Part shown: piece by piece, positions 8,100 through 15,818 of the stretch
Position numbering within the stretch: position 1 is the stretch's first letter
Layout of the letters: each line of letters begins with the position of its first letter
Source of the DNA: an uncultured bacterium
GTDB lineage: Bacteria > Krumholzibacteriota > Krumholzibacteriia > Krumholzibacteriales > Krumholzibacteriaceae
Length of the DNA stretch: 64,000 nt
Assembly (NCBI GenBank): GCA_963786935.1
Contig: CAWBAN010000002.1
Coordinates: 1-64,000, forward strand
Reading direction: 5' to 3'
The notes under the pieces: model-generated
The model's input: only the letters and a program-made list of their open reading frames with translations
Told to the model about the DNA's origin: nothing
Databases searched by the model: none
Translations under genes and position numbers: made by a program

Positions 8100-11057
8100 A
8101 TGAGAAGAGTCGAGCTGTGCAGTTTGCTCGCCGCGTTCATCATCGCATCGGTCGCCTTCGCGGCCTCGGCCGCCACCTGGCATGTGTACGCGGACGGCTC
8201 GGGAGACGCGCCGACCATAAAGGCGGCCGTGGCGGCGGCCTCCTCGAACGACATTATCTTAGTTTACCCGGGGACCTACAACGAGCACGACATCAGCGTG
8301 ACGAAGCGGCTCGAAATCATCGGCGTCGGAGGATACGAGAACACAATTATCAGCGCGCTGTCCCTCGGGCGTTGCTTCGAGTTCAAGAAGTCGACCAACA
8401 CCATCCTCCTGAAAGGATTCACGCTGCAGAACGCCAACGCCTGGTTCGATGGAACCACCGGGGGCGCGATCATCTGCAGCGGCAGTTCGCGGGTCAACAT
8501 CGTCGATTGCCACTTTTGGGCCAACTGGGCGACGTATGGAGGGGCGGTTGCGGTTCTCGACTCGAGCGTCGTTTCCTTCAAAAGATGCATCTTCGACAAT
8601 AACTCCGCCGAGCAATCCCCCCCCTACGGAGAAGGCGGCGCCATCAAGCTAAGAGGCATGAACCCAGTCGACTATATGCTCACGGTCGTTATCGATTCGT
8701 GCGCGTTCTCGAGCAATTCGTCGCAATTTGACGGAGGAGCGATATCGCTGGAATACTGCGACGTGTGGGTCATGAACAGCACCTTCGCGATGAACGAATC
8801 GATGTGCGCGAACAGGGCGCAGATCTCCCTTATCAGCAACGCCGGCATCATGCTGGAGAACTCGATCGTCGCCTTCTCGGACGGCTGTGGCGTCGTCGGG
8901 CGGCACGACTTGCTCACGACTATTTTCTCGTGCAACGACGTCTATGGCAACTCTTGGGGAAACTACGGCGGCGTGATCTCCGATCAGACGGGGCTCAACG
9001 ACAACATCTCAGCAGACCCGCTCTTTTGCGGCGCTCCGGGCGTTCTGACCGTTTCGACGACGTCCCCTTGCACGGCCGAGAACAGCGGGTGCGGCCAGGC
9101 CATCGGCCGCTTCGGGCCGGCATGCGGCCCGAACCTCTTCATCTCCCGCTACCAGTGGAGTAGTTCAAAGCCCCAGCCGGGAACGAACATCACCTGCACC
9201 CTCAAGATAATGAACACCGGCGCCAAGAATGCCGGTCCGTTCTACGTCGATTACTACAAGAACGTCGCGACCGCGCCGCCGGAGGGGCTCCACGGAGACG
9301 AGCGCCGCTACGTGGCGAGCCTCGCCGCGGGCGATTCCATATCATGGACGACATCGCCCGTGACGAGCGACGTGTTCTGCGAATGGCAGAACTACTTTCG
9401 CGTCGACACGGACGCGCAGGTGCCCGAAACGGTCGAGTACGACAATCTGCGCGGGCCGCACGCGATCGTGTGGCAGGTGCCGATCGAGAGCGGCTGGCCC
9501 GCGGTGACCGCCGGCTCATTCCATTCGTCACCCGTCATCGCCGCGATCGACGACAATCCGGCGACTCTCGAGATCGCGATCGGCTGCGACGACGGGAAGC
9601 TCTATGCGTGGAGGCCGGATGGCACAAATGCGCCCGGCTTCCCGGTGACGCTCCCCGCCGCCATCTGGTCGTCCCCCGCCGTGGGAAACGTCTCCGGTGA
9701 TTATCGGAACGAGATCGTCGTCGGCTGCGACGACCACAAGCTCTACGCCTTCGACGGTCACGGGACACGGCTTTGGGCATATGAAACCGAAACGCCTATA
9801 CGGACCACCCCGTCGCTTGCCGACCTCGATGGCGACGACAGGCTCGAGATCGTTTGCGCGATAGGGGACCATCTCCACGTTTTCAAAGGGAACGGAAGGG
9901 AGCTGGACGGTTGGCCGTTGAAGATCGACGGCATATTCACCAATCCCGCCGTCGGCGACGTGGACGAAGACGGGGCTCCCGAAATCGCCGTCGTGAGCCG
10001 TGTCAGCGAATTGGTCTCGTATGTGTACATGCTGGAGTCGACGGGAGCGCTGCATGCCGGCTCATGGCCCGTTATGCTGGAAGCGGTGGTCCAGGACGGG
10101 CCCGCGATCGGCGAAATCGACAACATCAAGAACGGCCTGGAGACCGTCGTTGGAGGAACGAACGGCCGGGTATATGTTCTCAGGCAATCAGGGCTGATAT
10201 ATCTGACGTCGGAGCCGGTTATCGGCTCCATAGAGTCGTCACCGATCATCGAAGATGTCGACCTGGATAATGCTCTCGATATCGTCGTCACATCGAGAAT
10301 CTACAAATCGGATCCTATTCTTGGCTGGAATTGGTACGAATTAGTGACGGCTCTCACCCGGTCGGGCGCGGTACTCTCGGGGTGGCCAAAGACCCTGGGA
10401 TTCTCTCCCGATGAGGCCGGCCCAATGCCGTCGGCGATTGCGCTCGGCGATAGCGCGGATATCATGGCGAGGTGGAGGTATTATATTTATTTTTCGCTCG
10501 AATCTTACTACGGAAGCGGCGCGCAAACACCCGCATTCCCGATCCTTTGCATGGACCAGCCGATCTTCGCCTCCGCCGCCGCGGGGGACGTCGACGGCGA
10601 CGGATGGGTCGAGCTCTTTATTCCCGCCGGTCAGAGTGTCCTCGGCGTAGAGCTTCGATCGTACGGTTACACGAAAGATGATCTCTGGTGGCCGATGTAC
10701 GGCCACGACCGCGCCCGGACCCATTGCTACGGCTTCGACGTGCCGACGGCTGTGGAGGATGACCTCGCCGCCGCGCCGAAAGTCACGGCCCTCGGATCGA
10801 TCTATCCGAACCCGTTCAACCCGATGACGAAGATCACATTCGACACGAGCGCAAAAGGGCATGTCGAGATCGCGATCTACGACGTGTCGGGACGGAAGCT
10901 CGCCGTGCTCGTCGATCGCGAGCTCGATGCGGGGAGACACGAGGCGCTCTGGAACGGAAAGACGGGGGGTGGAACGACGGCAGCCTCCGGCATCTATTTC
11001 TGCACGCTGCGGACGGCGAGCGTGTCGGAGACGAAGAAGCTCGTGTTGCTGAGGTAG
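8100..11057 (+). CDS. Secreted protein: right-handed beta-helix + CARDB + FG-GAP repeats + FlgD-Ig C-terminal domain
   Basis: Signal peptide; GGAI/FxxN repeats; DLDGDDRLEIV and DVDGDGWVELF motifs; YPNPFNP..SGIYF..KKLVLLR tail. Confidence 0.85.
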   Translation: MRRVELCSLLAAFIIASVAFAASAATWHVYADGSGDAPTIKAAVAAASSNDIILVYPGTYNEHDISVTKRLEIIGVGGYENTIISALSLGRCFEFKKSTNTILLKGFTLQNANAWFDGTTGGAIICSGSSRVNIVDCHFWANWATYGGAVAVLDSSVVSFKRCIFDNNSAEQSPPYGEGGAIKLRGMNPVDYMLTVVIDSCAFSSNSSQFDGGAISLEYCDVWVMNSTFAMNESMCANRAQISLISNAGIMLENSIVAFSDGCGVVGRHDLLTTIFSCNDVYGNSWGNYGGVISDQTGLNDNISADPLFCGAPGVLTVSTTSPCTAENSGCGQAIGRFGPACGPNLFISRYQWSSSKPQPGTNITCTLKIMNTGAKNAGPFYVDYYKNVATAPPEGLHGDERRYVASLAAGDSISWTTSPVTSDVFCEWQNYFRVDTDAQVPETVEYDNLRGPHAIVWQVPIESGWPAVTAGSFHSSPVIAAIDDNPATLEIAIGCDDGKLYAWRPDGTNAPGFPVTLPAAIWSSPAVGNVSGDYRNEIVVGCDDHKLYAFDGHGTRLWAYETETPIRTTPSLADLDGDDRLEIVCAIGDHLHVFKGNGRELDGWPLKIDGIFTNPAVGDVDEDGAPEIAVVSRVSELVSYVYMLESTGALHAGSWPVMLEAVVQDGPAIGEIDNIKNGLETVVGGTNGRVYVLRQSGLIYLTSEPVIGSIESSPIIEDVDLDNALDIVVTSRIYKSDPILGWNWYELVTALTRSGAVLSGWPKTLGFSPDEAGPMPSAIALGDSADIMARWRYYIYFSLESYYGSGAQTPAFPILCMDQPIFASAAAGDVDGDGWVELFIPAGQSVLGVELRSYGYTKDDLWWPMYGHDRARTHCYGFDVPTAVEDDLAAAPKVTALGSIYPNPFNPMTKITFDTSAKGHVEIAIYDVSGRKLAVLVDRELDAGRHEALWNGKTGGGTTAASGIYFCTLRTASVSETKKLVLLR

Positions 11058-11062
11058 CGGTC

Positions 11063-11230
11063 GCCGAAATCATGGCGCTCATCCTGCAGTGTCATCGGCA
11101 CATGCGCAAGAAGGCCAAGCGCGTGGTCACGCACATCGCGATCGACGACCGAGAGGGCGCTTCGGGACGCCTCACGGGCAAGGCCGCGGATGTCGAAAGG
11201 GCGCTCGGGCGGAAGGTATCGCGGGAGTAG
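11063..11230 (+). pseudogene. 3' fragment of MTH1187 family gene (copy C)
   Basis: AEIMALILQCHRHMRKKAKRVVTHIAIDDREGASGRLTGK..VSRE*; begins just after the stop at 11057. Confidence 0.85.
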
Positions 11231-11338
11231 CGGTTCCTGCCTCGCATGATACAATCGATCGAAGGCGATATAGCCGCCCGGCGAGTTTCTCGCGCAGAGC
11301 TCCGCCGAGGACCGTACGTTGCCGATAAGGGACTTACA

Positions 11339-11369
11339 AACTTGAGGTCACAAATTGTGACTTCAAGTT
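11339..11369. promoter_or_regulatory. Palindrome of the ORF6N-associated family
   Basis: aacttgaggtcaca-aat-tgtgacttcaagtt, 14-bp arms with 1 mismatch. Confidence 0.7.
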
Positions 11370-11457
11370 GAGTCGGCGCTGGGCGCTATTCGTCATCGCT
11401 TTGGGCCGGGTTGTTTGGAAGTTGTCGCATTCTCCGCCAACCTTGACAAGTGGCGTT

Positions 11458-11543
11458 AGATGTAGAGATCGTGATTCGTGGCCACCGCGAGCGTGTCGCT
11501 GTTGATGAAGTTCCTTTGCATGTTGAGGAAGATGTTGTCGGGG
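11458..11543 (-). pseudogene. Internal fragment of a lipocalin-like lipoprotein gene
   Basis: PDNIFLNMQRNFINSDTLAVATN versus PDNIYMNMQWNFINHDTLVVATN in 6871..7290. Confidence 0.75.
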
Positions 11544-11616
11544 CGGAGGATCGGATCGAGATCGTCGGAGGGCCGCCAAAGAAGTAGCCGATCCATTGAC
11601 ATGCAATAAGTTGAGG

Positions 11617-11759
11617 GTTTGATATCACAATTTGTGATATCAAACGTAGGGCCGAGGTGGACGCAATCTGCGGCCTCCCTGGGCAATGCTCCGCCACGGG
11701 TCATCACAATCTGTGATGACCTCGCTCCGCTTGACAATTCTCAGTAATTGCCCTAATAT
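11617..11759 (+). promoter_or_regulatory. Three palindromes plus sigma70 promoter upstream of ORF6N-2
   Basis: Palindromes at 11617-11645, 11659-11675 (1 mismatch) and 11699-11721; TTGACA at 11731, TAATAT at 11754. Confidence 0.75.
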
Positions 11760-11795
11760 CCGATTCGCGCGAAGGGGCTCGGGAGGTGGAGGCGG

Positions 11796-12374
11796 ATGGG
11801 AGACGAATCCAGCGAGCGAAACGATCTCCATTCATCATTGATTGTCGGGGCTGAGAGGATCGAGCAGAGGATTCTGATTATTCGAGGCGAGAAGGTGCTT
11901 CTCGATGTTGACCTCGCAGCTCTCTACGGCGTCACAACAAAACGGCTCAACGAGCAGGTCAGGCGGAACCGCGATCGGTTCCCTGCCGATTTCGCGTTTC
12001 ACCTTACCAGAACAGAAGTTACGAACTTGAGGTCGCATTTTGCGACCTCAAGTTCGGCGCACGGAGGGCACCGATACCTACCTTACGCCTTCACCGAGCA
12101 CGGTGCCATCATGGCCGCTTCCGTGCTCAATACGCCACGCGCCGTCGAGATGAGCGTATTCGTCGTACGCACCTTCGTGCGGCTGCGGGCGTTCCTTGCT
12201 GCTCACAAGGAACTCGCCGACAAGCTCGCCGAGCTCGAGCGCAAGCTCGCGAGCCATGACGAGCAGATCGTCGCCATTATCGATGCGATCAAGCGCCTCA
12301 TGGCGCCGCCCGCGCGCCCCGACGCACCCGCGCCCCCCGACAAGCGTCGCATCGGCTTTGAAGATTCGTTTTAA
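11796..12374 (+). CDS. ORF6N domain DNA-binding protein (copy 2)
   Basis: IRGEKVLLDVDLAALYGVTTKRLNEQVRRNRDRFPADF..PYAFTEHGAIMAASVLNT. Confidence 0.92.
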   Translation: MGDESSERNDLHSSLIVGAERIEQRILIIRGEKVLLDVDLAALYGVTTKRLNEQVRRNRDRFPADFAFHLTRTEVTNLRSHFATSSSAHGGHRYLPYAFTEHGAIMAASVLNTPRAVEMSVFVVRTFVRLRAFLAAHKELADKLAELERKLASHDEQIVAIIDAIKRLMAPPARPDAPAPPDKRRIGFEDSF

Positions 12375-12411
12375 TCCTTTATGCGCACCCGTTGCGCATG
12401 TATAATCAGAC

Positions 12412-12615
12412 ATGATGAACCACAAGATATCCCATAGCCGGGCCGACGAGACGCCGGAGGCGAAGGCGCTCTGGTTTCGCTCGCTCTCCCTTGAAGAACG
12501 GATGGATGTTTTCGTATCCTTCACGGATCTCGCGCTCGAGTTGAACCCGAAACTGCCGGATAAGAAAGATGCTGAACAGGCTCAAAGACGTATTCGCATC
12601 ATTTCAAAAGCATGA
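12412..12615 (+). CDS. Small protein, putative partner of the nucleotidyltransferase
   Basis: 67 aa, FRSLSLEERM motif; overlaps the next gene; TATAAT at 12401-12406. Confidence 0.6.
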   Translation: MMNHKISHSRADETPEAKALWFRSLSLEERMDVFVSFTDLALELNPKLPDKKDAEQAQRRIRIISKA

Positions 12616-13027
12616 TGTGCGGTACGTGGTGATCGGCGGGGTAGCTGCTATTCTCCACGGCGTGCCGAGGGCGACGTTCGATTTGGACATCCTCGTGGAG
12701 GCCACCCCCGACAATGCACGCCGCCTTCTCGATGCGCTCCTCGAAGCGGGGCTCGGCACGGCGGCCCTGACAACCGAAAAAGAGCTCCTCTCGAACGAAA
12801 TCACGGTTTTCAAGGATAAGGTTCGTATCGATGTGCAGACATCGACGCCGGGCTTGAGCTTCCGGCAAGCCTGGGAACATCGTCAAACCATGAAGTATCA
12901 GAACCAGTCTTTTCACGTTGTTTCCAAAAGCGATCTCATCGCTTCGAAGAGGGCCGCTTCCCGCGACATCGATCTCGAAGACATCAAGCTGCTCGAATTG
13001 CCCGAGAATCCCGAAGCCGATAAGTAG
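12569..13027 (+). CDS. Minimal nucleotidyltransferase (DUF6036-like)
   Basis: YVVIGGVAAILHGVPRATFDLDILV..LIASKRAASRDIDLEDI. Confidence 0.85.
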   Translation: MLNRLKDVFASFQKHDVRYVVIGGVAAILHGVPRATFDLDILVEATPDNARRLLDALLEAGLGTAALTTEKELLSNEITVFKDKVRIDVQTSTPGLSFRQAWEHRQTMKYQNQSFHVVSKSDLIASKRAASRDIDLEDIKLLELPENPEADK

Positions 13028-13059
13028 GGCGGCAATTCCATATTTCTAGTCGCCCCCCC

Positions 13060-13087
13060 GGCACTTTTCCCGCGTGCCGCTGTATAA
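13060..13087 (+). promoter_or_regulatory. Putative ECF-sigma promoter
   Basis: GGCACT-N15-TGTATAA; matches the motif at four other sites. Confidence 0.4.
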
Positions 13088-13239
13088 CCGGACAGGTAGG
13101 GCTTCAAGGTGGCACCGCCCGGCGCAGGGCCCGACGCAAGCAGGGTAGAGGCAGGACAGGGGCCGCGCCGATCCCACCAAACGACAACGCCTTACACATT
13201 TCAGGCTCGGGTCGTTTTCCGTGCACTCAGGAGGTGCCC

Positions 13240-15279
13240 ATGCGTACGGTGCGGTTCGCTTTATTCATATTAATTCTCACCCTGGCCGGCTCCCTCGCCG
13301 CCTCGGCCTTCGCGGCCGAGATCCACGATGCGGTCCGCGGGGGGAATCTCGATGCGGTGAAGCGGCTCGTCGCCGCCGACCGCTCGCTCCTCGCGCTGAA
13401 GGACGTCGACGGCTCGCCGCCGCTCAATATCGCGGCGCAGGCGGGCAATCTCGAGATGACGAAGCTCCTGATCGACCTCGGGGCCGACGTCAAGCTCGGC
13501 GATAACGAAAACTCGAACGCGCTCCACGTCGGCGCGATCGGCGCCAACACGGCCGTCATCGACCTCCTGCTCGCGAAGGGGATCGACGTGAACTCGGCCG
13601 ACGTGAACGGCATGACCGCCGTGCTCTTCGCCGCCGCCTGGGGCAAGTGGGACGCCGTGAAATATCTCGCCTCGAAGGGCGCCAAGCTCGACGCCCGCAA
13701 CAGCGGGGGCACGAACCTCGTTCACTATGCGGCGCGGCGCGGCAACATCGACGCCCTCAAGGAGCTCGTGGCCGCGGGGCTCCCGCTCAACTGCGGGCCC
13801 GACCAGTGGGGCGCCACCCCGCTCGGGGGCGCGGCGACGCGCGGGCAGGCGGAGATGGTGATCTATCTCCTCGATAACGGCGCCGACCCGAACGAGGCTT
13901 CGGAGAGCGGGGAAAATCCGCTCACGCTGGCCGCGGGCATGGGCAAGCGCGACGTCGTCCGCATCCTCCTCGACAAGGGGGCCGACGCGAAGTTCAGCAA
14001 TAAGGGCTTCAGCGCGCTCGCCGCGAACTTCTGGCATCCCGATATCGAGATCGCCCGGATGCTCCTCGCCGCCGGCGCCGACCCCACGATCAAGAGCGAT
14101 AACGGCTGGACCCTGCTTCACCGGCTCGCCCAGACGCCGAATATCCCCGTCGAGCACGCGCGGCTTCTCGTGGAGGCGGGCGCCGACGTGAACGCGAAGA
14201 ACGCCGACAACGAGACTCCCCTGCTGATCGCGTGCGAACGCGGATCGACCGATATCGTGAAGTACTTCGCTTCCAAGGGCGCCGACGTGACGGTCGCGGG
14301 GAGCGCGTTGCGGGCCACCGGCCTCCACGCAGCCGCGGCCAAGGGCTACGGCGACCTCGCCGCGTTTCTCATCGGGGCGGGCGCCGACGTGAACGCGAAG
14401 GATGCGGATGACCGCACGCCGCTCTACTACGCGACCCGCTACGGCAACACCGAAATCGCCACGGCGCTCAAGGCGAAGGGCGGCAAGGGCGGCGCGAAGG
14501 AGATCGCCGCGAAGGACCTGCTCTCGAAGCGCATCCCCGAGGGGCAGGCGCTCGTCGTTCACACGGGGCATTCGGGCTGGATCATCGAGACCGCGAACAA
14601 CGTCCTCATCTTCGATTACTGGCAGGACGGCCGCGCCCCCGACGCTCAGAGCATTCTCAACGGCTGCGTCAATCCGGCCGAGCTCAAGGGGAAGAAGGTC
14701 ACCGCGTTCGTGTCGCACACGGCTCATCAGGATCATTACAGCAAGAGAAACTTCGAGTGGAACAAGACGCTCGGCGACATGAAGTGGGTCTGCGGCCAGC
14801 GGCCCGCCGACACGACCGTGACGGTCGAGCTCATCGATCCGCGGCAGACGAAGAACGTGAACGGCATCGAGGTCGTCGCGGCCCGCTCCACCGACGCGGG
14901 CGTGGCGTTCCTCGTGACGGTCGACGGGCTCACGATCCTCCACTCGGGCGACCTCCACAACCGCGACGCGAACATCGACGGCGTGTACGCCGACGAGATC
15001 AAGTTCCTCGCCGGCTGCGGGCGCAAGATCGACATCGCGTTCATGCCGATCTCGGGATGCGGCTTCGGGGATCAGGCCACGATGAAGAAGGGCGTGTGGT
15101 GGGGCATCGACCAGCTCGATCCCGCGAGCCTCTTCTGGATGCATGGCGGGAGCAATTGCGCGCGGTATCCCGGTTTCGCCGAGGAGGCCGTGAAGGCCGG
15201 CGTCACGATTCCCCAGGGGACGCCGAAGATCAAGGGCGACCGCTTCATGTTCAAGAATGGAAAGCTGAACGAGATCTAG
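13240..15279 (+). CDS. Secreted ankyrin-repeat protein fused to an MBL-fold metallohydrolase
   Basis: Signal peptide; many GADVN/TPL repeats; C-terminal GHSGW, SHTAHQDH, HSGD and WMH motifs. Confidence 0.85.
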   Translation: MRTVRFALFILILTLAGSLAASAFAAEIHDAVRGGNLDAVKRLVAADRSLLALKDVDGSPPLNIAAQAGNLEMTKLLIDLGADVKLGDNENSNALHVGAIGANTAVIDLLLAKGIDVNSADVNGMTAVLFAAAWGKWDAVKYLASKGAKLDARNSGGTNLVHYAARRGNIDALKELVAAGLPLNCGPDQWGATPLGGAATRGQAEMVIYLLDNGADPNEASESGENPLTLAAGMGKRDVVRILLDKGADAKFSNKGFSALAANFWHPDIEIARMLLAAGADPTIKSDNGWTLLHRLAQTPNIPVEHARLLVEAGADVNAKNADNETPLLIACERGSTDIVKYFASKGADVTVAGSALRATGLHAAAAKGYGDLAAFLIGAGADVNAKDADDRTPLYYATRYGNTEIATALKAKGGKGGAKEIAAKDLLSKRIPEGQALVVHTGHSGWIIETANNVLIFDYWQDGRAPDAQSILNGCVNPAELKGKKVTAFVSHTAHQDHYSKRNFEWNKTLGDMKWVCGQRPADTTVTVELIDPRQTKNVNGIEVVAARSTDAGVAFLVTVDGLTILHSGDLHNRDANIDGVYADEIKFLAGCGRKIDIAFMPISGCGFGDQATMKKGVWWGIDQLDPASLFWMHGGSNCARYPGFAEEAVKAGVTIPQGTPKIKGDRFMFKNGKLNEI

Positions 15280-15316
15280 TAGCAATTTCGACGCAAGCGA
15301 ATGCCGATACGCTCGA

Positions 15317-15349
15317 CAAGGGCGGCGGGTTGGGACCCTGCCGCCCTTG
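15317..15349 (+). terminator. GC-rich hairpin after the ankyrin-MBL gene
   Basis: caagggcggcggg-N7-cctgccgcccttg; weak U tract. Confidence 0.4.
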
Positions 15350-15781
15350 ACATTTGTCGCGGTCGAGAGGATCGAGAGCGGGATACGGAATAGAAATCGG
15401 TTTCCGCCGGACTTCATGTTTCAATTAACCTTGGGGGAAAAAGCCCAGGCGGTCGCAAATTGCGACCACCTCAGCAACATCAAATATTCCACCGTGTTGC
15501 CATACGCCTTCACCGAGCACGGCGCCATTATGGCCGCCTCGGTGCTCAATACCCCCCGCGCCGTCGAGATGAGCGTCTTTGTCGTCCGGGCCTTCGTGCG
15601 GCTGCGACAATTTCTTTCTACTCATAAGGAGCTGGCGGACAAACTCGCCGAGCTCGAGCGGAAGCTCGCGAGCCACGACGAGCAGATCGTGGCCATCATC
15701 GATGCCATTCGACAGCTCATGGCGGCGCCGACGCCGCCGGAGAAGCGGCGAATCGGCTTTGAAAGCGAGGGGAAAAGCTAG
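15347..15781 (+). pseudogene. ORF6N protein (copy 3) with an internal N-terminal deletion
   Basis: VERIESG joins directly to IRNRNRFPPDFMFQLT; the IRGEKV..LAALY..KRLNEQ segment is absent; C-terminal half is intact. Confidence 0.8.
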
Positions 15782-15818
15782 CTGCGAAATACTCGCAGCA
15801 AATAGTGAATCGGCGCTT

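Larger units (their letters stand above)
11063..12360 (+). repeat. Direct repeat copy 2, with an extra 227 bp at 11329-11555
   Basis: Aligns with 5752-6815. Confidence 0.9.

Noticed and set aside
11458..11543. Lipoprotein fragment as a DGR template repeat
   Set aside because: Differences from ~7029-7113 are not confined to adenines on either strand, and there is no reverse transcriptase in the window.
13088..13235. Long leader before the ankyrin-MBL gene as a riboswitch or ncRNA
   Set aside because: No recognisable conserved motif by eye; an Rfam/Infernal search would be needed.
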